Shown one piece after another: positions 48,095-58,374 of a DNA stretch of 64,000 nucleotides. Source of the stretch: an uncultured Acidobacteriota bacterium (GTDB lineage Bacteria > Acidobacteriota > UBA6911). Under the pieces are notes generated by a model. That model was not told the DNA's origin and did not search any database. It saw nothing but the letters and a program-made list of their open reading frames with translations. The stretch covers positions 384,001 through 448,000 of the forward strand of contig CAWJKZ010000013.1 in the NCBI GenBank assembly GCA_963843575.1, written 5' to 3'. A program made the position numbers and the translations under genes. Numbering within the stretch: the stretch's first letter is position 1; every line of letters starts with the position of its first letter.

Positions 48095-48559
48095 ATGTCC
48101 GATTGCTGTTCGACCACCAAGGACGGGACTTGCTCCGTTGCGGCGAGAAAGGCACAGGATTGTCCTTCTTGTGGCAAAAAGGGGAAACCTGTGGCGGTGC
48201 TGACCGTCAAGAGCCTGGCTCGAGATCACACGCGCCCGCAGCCATCCGCCTTCTATTCGTTTTGCCGCACGGCAAAATGTGAGGTTGTCTACTTCTCCGA
48301 TGAATGTGTATTTACGAAATCCGATGTCAAGGTACGGGTGGGAATCAAGGAGTCGGTAGACCCGATTCCTCTCTGCTATTGCTTCGACTATAACCGCGAG
48401 GACATACGGCGGGAACTCGAGGCTACCGGCAGAACGTCAGTGCCGGACAAGATCAAGGCCGAGGTGGAAAGGGGCTTCTGCTCCTGCGAGGTCAAGAACC
48501 CTAGAGGAGTCTGCTGCCTGGGCGACATTGCTCGTGCTATTCGGCACGTCAACCGATAG
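48095..48559 (+). CDS. CopZ-type zinc-binding / BFD-like [2Fe-2S] metallochaperone
   Basis: CPSCG, FCRTAKCEVVY, LCYCF, CSCEVKNPRGVCC. Confidence 0.8.
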   Translation: MSDCCSTTKDGTCSVAARKAQDCPSCGKKGKPVAVLTVKSLARDHTRPQPSAFYSFCRTAKCEVVYFSDECVFTKSDVKVRVGIKESVDPIPLCYCFDYNREDIRRELEATGRTSVPDKIKAEVERGFCSCEVKNPRGVCCLGDIARAIRHVNR

Positions 48560-48705
48560 GTGAAGCTGTTGTTCCCGGCAACTGCGTCACCGTTCGTACC
48601 GTCGTCATAGAACTGCTGCGTCACCGCCCCCACCCATGGCCGTGAGGTTGCCCGAAACGACTATCCCCGTGCTGTTCGGGTTGGCTCCGGGCGTGAGCGA
48701 CGACG
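48552..48705 (-). pseudogene. Fragment of an extracellular protein (DDGTNGD Ca-binding/choice-of-anchor X-like repeat)
   Basis: TPGANPNSTGIVVSGNLTAMGGAVTQQFYDDGTNGDAVAGNNSFTY without start or end. Confidence 0.55.
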
Positions 48706-48837
48706 AGGATCGTTCCCCCCGGCGATGTCGATGTCGGGCTGGCCGAGCCTACGGCCGTCGGGTTTGTGGGTTCGGCGGGGGACCCCGTTATCCTGAACGA
48801 CGCGTCCGAACCGGCGCTCGTGCCGGCGGCGGCGGCC

Positions 48838-49135
48838 GCGCGGTCGGGGTCATGGTGTCGATACCCACGTTGCCGTTCGTCTCGATCGTTACCCCCGTAT
48901 TCCTGTTCGTGTAGATCCTGAACGGGTGGTTGCTGGTAGTGCCGAAGTAGCCGCCGTCGCGGGCGATGGACTGCATCTCCTGCGTCACCGTGCCGCCGAC
49001 CAGAGCAAACCGCACCCGGCTCGAGTCCCCGGTATTGTCTGAATTCGTGACCTGAATTTAGTTAGATGCGTTCTGGTCTTTCCGCACCTCCAGCTTTTGG
49101 GCCGGTGCGGTCGTCCCGATCCCGACATTGGTATC
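48838..49135 (-). pseudogene. Fragment of a tail-fibre/adhesin-like NVGIGT-repeat protein
   Basis: NVGIGTTAPAQKLEV..(stop)..IETNGNVGIDTMTP. Confidence 0.55.
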
Positions 49136-49255
49136 CGCCTCGGAAGATAAGGGGAAATATGACGTCCGTATTGCTTGCGACACCTTTCTGAGGTCCGCGT
49201 ATAATGTCTCGGTGGCAACAGATGTAGCCAATGTTCGGGACCAGATGACCATTCC

Positions 49256-49542
49256 ATGGCTAAAGACGAGTTGAGTTCCGGGTTCATGCACTCAAACGGA
49301 TGTTTCAACGCCAAATAAGCAGCGCGGCAGTGCTGCAGGTGCTGGATACCGGAGCCACCGTTGAACAATATCCGGATGATTTCCCGTATCCGAGCAGGCT
49401 TGTCCTCGGCTGGTGGGCATCGCGACCCATCCACGTGGTAGTGGCCGATAACTCCGAAGATGGGATCAGGATTGTCGTCACGGCTTATCAGCCCGATTTG
49501 GAGTAATGGGAGCCTGGCTTCAGGAGGAGAAGGAAACCATGA
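49256..49542 (+). pseudogene. DUF4258-type toxin, frameshifted and with a premature TAA
   Basis: HALKRMFQRQI, EQYPDDFPYPSRLVLG, RPIHVVVA, VTAYQPD then TAA then WEPGFRRR. Confidence 0.75.
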
Positions 49543-49766
49543 AGTGCGTAATCTGCAAGGTGAGTGAAACCCGACCGGGGAGAGCTACGGTAACGCTGGA
49601 GCGGGATGGAACCACCCTCGTGATCAAAAACGTTCCCGCGGACATCTGTGCGAACTGCGGCGAAGAATATGTCGATGCCGAGACGACCGATCTTCTGCTC
49701 AGGACTGCCGAAGAAGCCGTCAGGTCAGGAGTCCAGATCTCTGTCCGCGATTACGCCGCCGCGTGA
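49539..49766 (+). CDS. YgiT-type zinc finger / MqsA-like antitoxin
   Basis: MKCVICK...VIKNVPADICANCGEEY. Confidence 0.88.
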   Translation: MKCVICKVSETRPGRATVTLERDGTTLVIKNVPADICANCGEEYVDAETTDLLLRTAEEAVRSGVQISVRDYAAA

Positions 49767-50195
49767 TTTGAATCCGAGCTGCCCGGCTGGTGGAGGAATT
49801 CGCCCTGGGTTCCTGAGCTTGCCGCGGGCTGCGCTCTGAGCATCACGGCCGGTTTTGATGCCGCCTGCTCACCTGCCTCGCCATTTATCTCCGGCTTTTC
49901 TCTTTGTTGCAGTTCCTGGGATGGATACCGGTTTCTATGAGTGAAGTTGAGCCTTCGTCACCTCTGCCAGAGCGGGCCGCCGGAACCGGATGCCCGTCGA
50001 TTAGAAGATCGAGGATCGGGGTCAGGATCCATAGTCAAACACTGTAACTGCACCTCTGGCGGCGTGCGTTAATTGCTTCGCGCGGGAATTGAAGTCCCGC
50101 GTGGGGACTGAAACTCTTTGTTTTCACCGGTAATGAATGTGTCGGGGTCTGAAATTGATATGAATAAGCAATTACGAGAGAGCTGGACGGAGCGG

Positions 50196-50282
50196 TGGTG
50201 CCGAAGGGGGGGGTCGAACCCCCATGACCTTGCGGTCGCGGGATTTTGAGTCCCGTGCGTCTGCCTGTTCCGCCACTTCGGC
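50196..50282 (-). tRNA. tRNA-Leu(CAA)
   Basis: GCCGAAGTGGCGGAACAGGCAGACGCACGGGACTCAAAATCCCG..long variable arm..GGGGGTTCGACCCCCCCCTTCGGCACCA. Confidence 0.95.
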
Positions 50283-50375
50283 TTGGTGCAGGCGGGAAAT
50301 GTAGCCCAGATGGGTCGTTGGAGTCAATCGCGGGGGGACACACCGCGCCGTCCGATTGAGCCTGCTGCGCTTGTT

Positions 50376-50404
50376 TTGACTGGGGGGCCGCGATCCGGTA
50401 TAAT
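50376..50404 (+). promoter_or_regulatory. Sigma-70 promoter of carD
   Basis: TTGACT-N17-TATAAT; a divergent TTGACT-N18-TACATT (50327-50298) precedes the tRNA. Confidence 0.75.
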
Positions 50405-50424
50405 CCGTTAATCCGGAGGTTGTA

Positions 50425-50940
50425 ATGGAATTTCGTGTTGGCGACAAGGTGGTCTACCCCAACCACGGCGTGGGCATCATCGAGCAGGTGACCAGCCGGG
50501 CGGTTGATGGCGGTATCCCCGAAGAATTCTACCTGCTCAGGATCCACTCCAATGCCTCCGTGGTGATGGTTCCCACCACCAACGTCAAGAGCGTCGGCCT
50601 GCGCCGCATAATCAAGCGCGGAGACGTCGAGGGCCTCTTCAAGCTCCTCCAGGACGATTTCTTCGAACCCGAATCCGACTGGAAAGGCCGTTACAAAGAT
50701 CATTCCGAGAAAATGAGGACCGGCTCCATCTTCCAGGTCGCGGAGGTGCTCCGGAACCTCGTTTACCTCAGCTTTAAAAAGAGTTTGTCGTTCCGGGAGA
50801 AGCGGATGCTGGACCGGGCCAAGCAGCTCATCGTCAGCGAGGTGGCTACCGTCCGCGGTCTGAACGAAAAGTCCGTCGAGGATCAGATCGACCGCGCCCT
50901 CGCCGCCGCCTACGAGCGCTCGGCCAAGGCCTCGGCGTGA
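50425..50940 (+). CDS. carD: CarD family transcriptional regulator
   Basis: FRVGDKVVYPNHGVG, WKGRYK, LSFREKRML. Confidence 0.92.
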   Translation: MEFRVGDKVVYPNHGVGIIEQVTSRAVDGGIPEEFYLLRIHSNASVVMVPTTNVKSVGLRRIIKRGDVEGLFKLLQDDFFEPESDWKGRYKDHSEKMRTGSIFQVAEVLRNLVYLSFKKSLSFREKRMLDRAKQLIVSEVATVRGLNEKSVEDQIDRALAAAYERSAKASA

Positions 50941-50990
50941 CGCTTTAGACGCATCTGGGTCTCTACCTCGCTCTGCTTGTCCTGTTCCTT

Positions 50991-52247
50991 TTGCTGTCGA
51001 TCTTCTTTTCGGGATCGGAGACTGCCTACACGGCCGTCGACCGCCTGCGCCTGAAGTACCTCGCCGAGTCAGGCGACAGGGGCGCCGAGGCGGTCAAGCG
51101 CATCGTTGCCAACCCCGACCGACTGCTCGGTGTCCTGCTGCTCGGCAACACCATCTCCAACATCGCCGCGGCCACACTCGTCACCTACCTCGTCGCCGAG
51201 TACGCTCCCCAGGATAGGGTCGAATCCTTCAGCATCGCCGCTTCCGTCATCCTGACCCTGGTCGTCCTCATCTTCTGCGAGCTGACACCCAAAATCGTCG
51301 CGGCCACCAACTCCGAGCTGGTGACGCGACGGCTGCTGTGGCCTATCCGCGCCGCCCTCTGGGTGCTCTCGCCCTTCGCCGGCATGGCGGCGAAGGTCTC
51401 CAACGGACTGGTGCGCCTCCTGCACCTCTCCCCGGCGGGCAGCCCGTTCGCCCAGCCGCTTACCGAGGACGAGATCCGGGCCATCATAGCCGACTCGACC
51501 GAAGCCACCCTGGCCGACCAGAAAAAGGAGATGCTCGCCAACATTTTCGCCATCGGCGCCACCCAGGTGCGCGGCATCATGATCCCGCGCATCGACGTCA
51601 CCGCCGTCGAGATCGGCGAGCCGCTCCCGAACATCCTCTCGGTGGTGAGCAAGAGCAACTATTCCCGCATCCCCGTCTACCGAGGCAACTTCGAGAACAT
51701 CGTCGGCATCCTCAACGTCAAAGACCTCCTGCAGCACCTCCAGCGCCCGGGCGATATCAACCTCCAGGTGCTGCTTCGCCCCGTCCACTTCGTCCCGGAC
51801 ACCGCCCCGATCGAGATCGTCCTGCGCCAGCTACAGTCGATGCACCTCCACATGGCCATCGTGGTCGACGAATTCGGCGGGGTCGAGGGGATCGTCACGC
51901 TCGAAGACCTCCTGGAGGAAATCGTAGGCGAGATACGCGACGAACACGACACCGAGATCGAGTCCGTGCGCGAGCTCGGTCCGAATGTCTTCTCCATCGC
52001 CGGCAACCTTCCGGTGAAGGACTTCAACCGCATGTTCACGCACAAGCTCCCCGAGTCGCGCGCCTACACGACCATCGTCGGGTTCCTCGAAGCGCGCACG
52101 GGCAGGCTGCTGCAGGAAGGGGAAACCGTGCGGTACCAGGGCCTGACGTTCTCCATCGAGAAGACCAAGGGGTTCCAGATCGTCTCGATACGGTTGCGCC
52201 TGCCCGCGAAGCGGGAGGAGAAAGAGAAACAGAAGGTCAAGGCATAG
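50991..52247 (+). CDS. Hemolysin/CNNM family protein (DUF21-CBS-CorC)
   Basis: FFSGSETA, IFCELTPK, YSRIPVY, VVDEFGGVEGIVTLEDLLEEIVGEI; start uncertain. Confidence 0.9.
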   Translation: MLSIFFSGSETAYTAVDRLRLKYLAESGDRGAEAVKRIVANPDRLLGVLLLGNTISNIAAATLVTYLVAEYAPQDRVESFSIAASVILTLVVLIFCELTPKIVAATNSELVTRRLLWPIRAALWVLSPFAGMAAKVSNGLVRLLHLSPAGSPFAQPLTEDEIRAIIADSTEATLADQKKEMLANIFAIGATQVRGIMIPRIDVTAVEIGEPLPNILSVVSKSNYSRIPVYRGNFENIVGILNVKDLLQHLQRPGDINLQVLLRPVHFVPDTAPIEIVLRQLQSMHLHMAIVVDEFGGVEGIVTLEDLLEEIVGEIRDEHDTEIESVRELGPNVFSIAGNLPVKDFNRMFTHKLPESRAYTTIVGFLEARTGRLLQEGETVRYQGLTFSIEKTKGFQIVSIRLRLPAKREEKEKQKVKA

Positions 52248-52406
52248 AACCTACCTCGAAGGCTTCAAGAACTCAGAGAGACTCGAAGAAATGTGGGCCG
52301 CGGCGGCTCGACGCGGCTCGTGGATCTTGCCGATCCCTCGGCTTTCACCTCAGTTCCCGGTTCCGGCTCACTCCGGGCAGGGGCGGGCCGGCCCCGCCCA
52401 CTAAAT

Positions 52407-53684
52407 CTATTCCTTCATGGCCTGGCGGGCGGCGCGGATGGTGGCGGCTATGTCGCGCCCGGTGTGGGCCAACGAGATGAAACAGGTCTCGAACTGCGAC
52501 GGGGCGAAGTAGACGCCCGAGCGGAGCAGCGCGTGGAAGAAACGGGCGTGCCGGGCCGTGTCGCTGGTGCAGGCCGTCCTGTAATCGCGGACCGGGGTGG
52601 CGGTGAAAAACGCGGTGAACATCGAGCCGATGCGGTTGACCTGGAGCGGTGTGCCCGACTCGGCGGCGGAGCGGGCCAGCCCGTCGGCCAGTTCCTGGCC
52701 GAGGCGCTCGAGCTTTCGGTAGGTCCCGGGCCGGCGCAGGCAAATCAGGGTGGCGATCCCGGCCGAGACGGCCAGGGGGTTGCCCGACAGCGTACCCGCC
52801 TGGTAGACGGGCCCTTCCGGCGCGACCCACTTCATAATCTCGCGTTTCCCGCCGTACGCGCCGACCGGAAGCCCCCCCCCGATGATCTTCCCGAGGCAGG
52901 TCAGGTCCGGTTTGACCCCGTACAGCTCCTGGGCTCCGCCATAGGCGACCCGGAAGCCGGTCATCACCTCGTCGAACACCAGCAGGGCGCCGTGCTCGCG
53001 GGTGAGCTTGCGCACCCTCTGAAGGAACCCCTTCGCCGGGGGCACCGTCCCCATGTTGCCGGCGACCGGCTCGATTATGACGGCCGCCACCTCGGCCCGG
53101 TTGGCGTCCAGCGCGCGCTCCACAGCCCCGGCGTCGTTGAAGGGGACGGAGACGGTCAGCGCCGAAGCCTCCGGCGGAACGCCGGGGCTGTCCGGGAGCC
53201 CGAGGGTCGCCACGCCGGAACCGGCCTTCACGAGGAACGCGTCGCCGTGCCCGTGATAGCACCCGTCGAACTTGACGATCTTGTACCGCCCGGTGAAGGC
53301 GCGGGCGAGCCGGATGGCGCTCATCGTCGCCTCAGTCCCCGAGTTCACGAGCCGGACCTTCTCGACGGACGGCAGCGCCTCGCAGATCATGGCGGCCAGC
53401 CGGACTTCCTGCTCGGTCGGCGCACCGAAGCTCGTCCCCTTCTCGATCTGCTTCGCCAGGGCAACCCGGACCGGCGCGGCCGAGTGGCCGAGGATCAGCG
53501 GCCCCCAGGAACCGACGTAGTCGATGTAGGATGCCCCGTCCTCATCCAGCACGCGGCTGCCGCGGCCCGACTTCATGAAGAGTGGGTCGCCCCCGACGCT
53601 GCGAAACGCCCGCACGGGACTGTTGACGCCACCGGGGATCAGCTGCTGCGCCCGGGCAAACAGAGCCTTCGACCGTCGATTCAC
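52407..53684 (-). CDS. hemL: Glutamate-1-semialdehyde 2,1-aminomutase
   Basis: [41 protein letters not shown]. Confidence 0.96.
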   Translation of the reverse strand: MNRRSKALFARAQQLIPGGVNSPVRAFRSVGGDPLFMKSGRGSRVLDEDGASYIDYVGSWGPLILGHSAAPVRVALAKQIEKGTSFGAPTEQEVRLAAMICEALPSVEKVRLVNSGTEATMSAIRLARAFTGRYKIVKFDGCYHGHGDAFLVKAGSGVATLGLPDSPGVPPEASALTVSVPFNDAGAVERALDANRAEVAAVIIEPVAGNMGTVPPAKGFLQRVRKLTREHGALLVFDEVMTGFRVAYGGAQELYGVKPDLTCLGKIIGGGLPVGAYGGKREIMKWVAPEGPVYQAGTLSGNPLAVSAGIATLICLRRPGTYRKLERLGQELADGLARSAAESGTPLQVNRIGSMFTAFFTATPVRDYRTACTSDTARHARFFHALLRSGVYFAPSQFETCFISLAHTGRDIAATIRAARQAMKE

Positions 53685-53718
53685 GATTGCCTTACCCCCC
53701 GAAATGAGCCGTATGGCG

Positions 53719-54687
53719 TCAGAGCGCCCTCGCCGCGTCCTTGGCGAAGTACGTCAGGATCATGTCCGCGCCGGCGCGCCGGATCCCGATCAGCGACTCC
53801 ATCATGACGCGCGGCAGATCGAGCCAGTTCATGCGCGCCGCCGCCACCAGCGCCGCGTATTCGCCGCTGACCTGGTAGGCCGCGAGCGGGTGCGGGTACC
53901 GGTCCCGTATCGTCCGGATGACGTCCAGGTACGGTCCGGCGGGCTTGACCATGAGGATGTCGGCCCCTTCCTCGACGTCGAGGTCCACCTCGCGCAGCGC
54001 CTCGCGGACGTTCGCGGGATCCATCTGGTGACTGCGCCGGTCGCCGAAAGCGGGGGCCGACTCGGCGGCCTCGCGGAATGGCCCGTAGTAACCGGACGCG
54101 TATTTGACCGCATACGACAGGATCGGGGTGTCGACGTGTCCCGACCGCTCCAGGGCCGCCCGGATCGCCGCCACGCGCCCGTCCATCATGTCGGAGGGGG
54201 CCACGATGTCCGCACCGGCCTTCACGTGCGAGAGCGCCATCTTCGACAGCAGGTCCAGCGTGGCGTCGTTGACGACCTCCCCACCCTTCACCACCCCGCA
54301 ATGCCCGTGGCTGGTGTACTCACAGAGGCACACGTCGGTGATGAGGACGATCCCGGGCACCTCCCGTTTCAAAGCCCGAACGGCCCGCTGGACGATGCCG
54401 TCGTCGTCATAGCCCGAACTGCCCAACTCGTCCTTCGTCTCGGGGATGCCGAACAGGATCACGCCGCCGATCCCAAGCGACTTGACCGTGCGCACCTCTT
54501 CGACCAGCCGATCGACCGACATCTGGTAGTTGCCCGGCATGGACGAGATCTCGTTCCGGACCCCTTCCCCGGGACAAACGAAGAGCGGGTAGACGAGCTG
54601 ACCGGGCGCGAGGCGCGTTTCGCGCACCAGGTCGCGCACCGAAGGGTTCATGCGGAGGCGCCGGGAACGCGTGACAGGGAAAGTCAT
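53719..54687 (-). CDS. hemB: Porphobilinogen synthase
   Basis: [36 protein letters not shown]. Confidence 0.96.
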   Translation of the reverse strand: MTFPVTRSRRLRMNPSVRDLVRETRLAPGQLVYPLFVCPGEGVRNEISSMPGNYQMSVDRLVEEVRTVKSLGIGGVILFGIPETKDELGSSGYDDDGIVQRAVRALKREVPGIVLITDVCLCEYTSHGHCGVVKGGEVVNDATLDLLSKMALSHVKAGADIVAPSDMMDGRVAAIRAALERSGHVDTPILSYAVKYASGYYGPFREAAESAPAFGDRRSHQMDPANVREALREVDLDVEEGADILMVKPAGPYLDVIRTIRDRYPHPLAAYQVSGEYAALVAAARMNWLDLPRVMMESLIGIRRAGADMILTYFAKDAARAL

Positions 54688-54787
54688 GTGAGGCTCTCCT
54701 CGAGTGGCGTTGCATAAAAAAGGTAATTATATCAATCTATCCGCCGGGCAGCCACTTATCGGCGCCGAGGAGTTGGGGGCTGAGCGG

Positions 54788-54814
54788 AAAGCGGCGCCGA
54801 GGCGCCGCACTCCA
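54788..54814. repeat. REP-like element, family A, ending 1 bp before the tilS ATG
   Basis: AAAGCGGCGCCGAGGCGCCGCACTCCA. Confidence 0.8.
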
Positions 54815-54815
54815 T

Positions 54816-56189
54816 ATGAAGGCACTGGAACGGATTGTGGGGCGGACGCTGCGCAGGCACCGGATGCTGCGGCCGGGGGAGCACGTCCTGGTCGCGGTGT
54901 CCGGCGGGGCCGACTCGGTCGCGCTTTTGCGCTGCCTTGGCCGGCTCGGCCCGAGCTGGGGGCTGCGGCTCACCGCGGCTCACTTGAACCACCGGCTGCG
55001 CGGGGCGGAGTCGGACCAGGACGAGCAGTTCGTGCGCAACCTCGGCCGGGAGCTCGGGGTGAAGGTGGTGGCGGAGTCCTGGGAACGGCCTCCGGCGCCC
55101 GGCAACGTCGAGGAGTCGGCGCGAAGGGCGCGCTACGACTTCCTGCGCCGCGCGGCGGCCGCCGCCGGGGCTGCGAGGATCGCCGTCGGCCACACCCTCG
55201 ACGACCAGGCCGAAACCGTGCTGCTGCGTTTTCTGCGCGGCAGCGGCACTGTCGGGATCGGGGGCATCCACCCCGTCGTGGACGACCTGGTCATCCGGCC
55301 GCTCATCGAGGCGTCCCGGGACGAGGTGCTGCGCTACCTCGAGGAATCCGGGGCCCAGTGGCGCGAGGATTCGAGCAACCAGGACCTCGGTTACCGGCGC
55401 AATCGGATCAGGCACGAGCTGCTGCCGTACCTGCGAGACGCGTTCAATCCCAACATCGTCGAGGTCCTGGCGCGCGAGGCCGCCATCGCCCGCGAACTCG
55501 CGGATTACCTGGACGAGGTATCGCGCCCGCAGTACGAGGCGCTCCGGCGGCCAGCGCACGGCGGCGTGACGTTGAACGCGACGGCGCTGGCCGGGTTCCA
55601 CCCCGCCCTGCAGCGGCGCCTCCTGCGCCTGGCCTTGCAGGAGTGCCGGGGATCCCTGAAGGGCGTCACCGCGGCCCACGTCGAGGCCGTCCTCGCCCTG
55701 ACGCGGGCGGGCATGAGCGGAAGGGCGGTGTCTTTCCCGGGCGGGACGGCTTCGCGGCAGTTCGACCAGCTGCTGGTCGCCGCAGGCGCGGGAGGCCCCG
55801 GGATCGAGCGGAGTTACGCGCTGCCGCTGCCGGGACGCTGCGTCGTCGAAGAAATCGGCCTGACGGTCACCGCGCGCCTGGACGCGGTGGAACGGGCAGG
55901 CCGCACCTACCCGGACAGCAGCGCCGGGGCAGTGCTCGACGCCGACCGGCTGCCCGCAAACCTCGTGGTGCGCGGGAGGCTGCCCGGAGACCGCTACGGA
56001 GGGCCGGGGCACCGGAAGGTGAAGAAGATGCTGATCGACCGGCGTGTTCCCCTCTCCGGGCGCTCCGGCCTCCCCGTGTTCGCGGCAGGCGACGCCGTCG
56101 TCTGGATCCCTGGCCTTCCCCCTGCCAGACCCTTCGCTCCCGGCGAGGACACCATCCGCTGCGTCATCCTCGAACTGACCCGCCGGTAA
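54816..56189 (+). CDS. tilS: tRNA(Ile)-lysidine synthetase
   Basis: AVSGGADS, HLNHRLRG, GHTLDDQAET, RNRIRH. Confidence 0.95.
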   Translation: MKALERIVGRTLRRHRMLRPGEHVLVAVSGGADSVALLRCLGRLGPSWGLRLTAAHLNHRLRGAESDQDEQFVRNLGRELGVKVVAESWERPPAPGNVEESARRARYDFLRRAAAAAGAARIAVGHTLDDQAETVLLRFLRGSGTVGIGGIHPVVDDLVIRPLIEASRDEVLRYLEESGAQWREDSSNQDLGYRRNRIRHELLPYLRDAFNPNIVEVLAREAAIARELADYLDEVSRPQYEALRRPAHGGVTLNATALAGFHPALQRRLLRLALQECRGSLKGVTAAHVEAVLALTRAGMSGRAVSFPGGTASRQFDQLLVAAGAGGPGIERSYALPLPGRCVVEEIGLTVTARLDAVERAGRTYPDSSAGAVLDADRLPANLVVRGRLPGDRYGGPGHRKVKKMLIDRRVPLSGRSGLPVFAAGDAVVWIPGLPPARPFAPGEDTIRCVILELTRR

Positions 56190-56204
56190 ATCGTCAGCCG
56201 GCAT

Positions 56205-56233
56205 GGAAACTATGGGAGGTCTTTTGCGTCTAA
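56205..56233 (+). promoter_or_regulatory. Putative ECF (RpoE/SigW-like) promoter upstream of ftsH
   Basis: GGAAAC-N16-CGTCTAA. Confidence 0.5.
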
Positions 56234-56340
56234 ATAGATTGATGGCTCAGCACCTTGCGTCGGGCTTGGGTAGGCGGGGGGTCGAGAACCCCGAAATCCA
56301 TTGCGGTTTATAGAGTTAGGTTAGCAATGTCATGCGACTC

Positions 56341-56349
56341 TGCTATAAT
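56341..56349 (+). promoter_or_regulatory. Extended -10 promoter of ftsH
   Basis: TGCTATAAT about 47 bp upstream of the start. Confidence 0.6.
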
Positions 56350-56395
56350 GGGCAGTGCATTCCGCAGTCGATAGCGACATGGGAGGTCCGGTAAT

Positions 56396-58309
56396 TTGAG
56401 CACCAACTTAAAAAATATCCTGGTCTGGCTGGCCGTGGTGGTCTCGCTGGTATTGCTCTGGCAGCTGTTCTACAGCGTCAGGGATGCCAACGTCGAGGAA
56501 AGGGACTTCACAGCCTTCTACCAGGAAATGACGGCCAAGAAGATCAAGACCGTCAAGATCATGGGCGAGGACCTGGAAGGCGAGGACACCAGCGGCAAGA
56601 AATTCAAAACAGTGGTGCCCGGCGACTCGGGCTTCGAGCTCGCCAAAGAGCTGCAGCAGAACGGCGTCAACGTGAAGCTCGAAAAATCCTCGAATTCCTC
56701 GCTGATGTACGTGTTCCTCTCCTCCTGGCTGCCGTTTATCCTGCTGATCGGATTCTGGATCTTCCTGATGCGCCAGATGCAGAGCGGAGGAAACAAGGCG
56801 CTTTCCTTCGGCAAGTCCAGGGCGCGCCTGATGTCGAGCCAGCAGAAGAAAGTGACTTTCAAGGATGTCGCGGGGGTCGAGGAAGCCAAGGAAGAGCTCA
56901 CCGAGATCATCGAGTTTCTCAAGGAGCCCCAGAAGTTCCAGAAGCTCGGGGGCCGCATACCGAAGGGCGTCCTGCTGATGGGCCCCCCGGGCACCGGCAA
57001 GACGCTGTTGGCGCGGGCCATCGCGGGCGAGGCGAACGTGCCGTTTTTCTCCATCAGCGGGTCCGACTTCGTCGAGATGTTCGTGGGGGTCGGGGCCAGC
57101 CGCGTGCGCGACCTCTTCGAGCAGGGTAAGAAGAACGCCCCCTGCATCATCTTCATCGACGAGATCGACGCGGTCGGCCGCCATCGTGGTGCGGGCCTCG
57201 GCGGCGGGCACGACGAGCGCGAGCAGACCCTCAACCAGCTCCTGGTCGAGATGGACGGTTTCGAATCCAACGACGGCGTGATCCTGATCGCGGCCAGCAA
57301 CCGGCCGGACGTGCTCGACCCGGCACTGCTGCGGCCCGGCCGTTTCGATCGCCAGGTGGTGGTCCCGCTCCCGGACATCCGGGGCCGCGAGGGCATACTC
57401 AAGGTCCACACGCGCAAGATTCCGCTGTCGGACGACGTTGACGTGTCGGTGATCGCGCGCGGCACGCCGGGCTTCTCCGGCGCGGCGCTGGCCAATCTGG
57501 TCAACGAGGCGGCGCTCAACGCGGCGCGCTACAGCCGCAAGCTCGTCCTGATGGCGGACTTCGAGGGGGCCAAGGACAAGGTGCTCATGGGCAAGGAGCG
57601 CAAGTCCATGGTCATCACCGAAGCCGACAAGAAGGTCACGGCGTACCACGAGGCGGGCCACGCCATGGTCGCCTTCATGGTGCCGGGAAGCGACCCGCTG
57701 CACAAGGTGACGATCATCCCGCGCGGCATGGCGCTCGGCTTGACCCAGCAACTGCCGGAAACCGACAAACACAACTACACCAAGGAGTTCGTCCAGGGAC
57801 AAATCGCGATCCTGATGGGTGGCCGGTGCGCCGAGAAGATGTTTCTCAACACCGAGACGACCGGCGCCGCCAACGACATCGAAGTCGCTACCGAGCGCGC
57901 CCGCAAGATGGTCACGGAGTGGGGCATGAGCGCCATGGGGCCCCTCACTTTCGGCAAGAAAGAGGAGCAGATCTTCCTCGGGCGCGAGATATCCCAGCAC
58001 CGCGACTACAGCGAGGACACCGCGATCCGCATCGATCACGAGGTCAAGCGCATCGTGGACGAGGGGTATAACCGCGCCTGGACGCTGCTCGAGGCCAACA
58101 ACGACGGGCTCGTCCGGCTCGCGGAAGCGCTGCTCGAGTACGAAACGCTGGACGCCTGGGAAATCGAGGCCCTGATCAAGGGGCAGCCGCTGGTCAGAAA
58201 AACTGCGCCTACCGACGGCGACTCCGAAGGACGCGTCAAGGAAAAGACCCCGAGCCACACGCCGTTGCCGCAGCTGATCAATCCCAAGGGGAAACCTGCG
58301 CCGGCCTGA
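56396..58309 (+). CDS. ftsH: ATP-dependent zinc metalloprotease FtsH
   Basis: [22 protein letters not shown]; two N-terminal TM helices. Confidence 0.97.
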   Translation: MSTNLKNILVWLAVVVSLVLLWQLFYSVRDANVEERDFTAFYQEMTAKKIKTVKIMGEDLEGEDTSGKKFKTVVPGDSGFELAKELQQNGVNVKLEKSSNSSLMYVFLSSWLPFILLIGFWIFLMRQMQSGGNKALSFGKSRARLMSSQQKKVTFKDVAGVEEAKEELTEIIEFLKEPQKFQKLGGRIPKGVLLMGPPGTGKTLLARAIAGEANVPFFSISGSDFVEMFVGVGASRVRDLFEQGKKNAPCIIFIDEIDAVGRHRGAGLGGGHDEREQTLNQLLVEMDGFESNDGVILIAASNRPDVLDPALLRPGRFDRQVVVPLPDIRGREGILKVHTRKIPLSDDVDVSVIARGTPGFSGAALANLVNEAALNAARYSRKLVLMADFEGAKDKVLMGKERKSMVITEADKKVTAYHEAGHAMVAFMVPGSDPLHKVTIIPRGMALGLTQQLPETDKHNYTKEFVQGQIAILMGGRCAEKMFLNTETTGAANDIEVATERARKMVTEWGMSAMGPLTFGKKEEQIFLGREISQHRDYSEDTAIRIDHEVKRIVDEGYNRAWTLLEANNDGLVRLAEALLEYETLDAWEIEALIKGQPLVRKTAPTDGDSEGRVKEKTPSHTPLPQLINPKGKPAPA

Positions 58310-58374
58310 AAAAGACAGAAGCTGGGAGCCGGGAGCTTGCTCCCGGCGCACGGTTCCTATCCTCTGGTGCCCGA

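Noticed and set aside
29824-50195. Integron cassette array
   Set aside because: No intI and no repeated attC-like sites were seen; gene orientations are mixed.
32364-50195. Prophage
   Set aside because: No capsid, terminase, portal or integrase genes; only a short tail-fibre-like shard.
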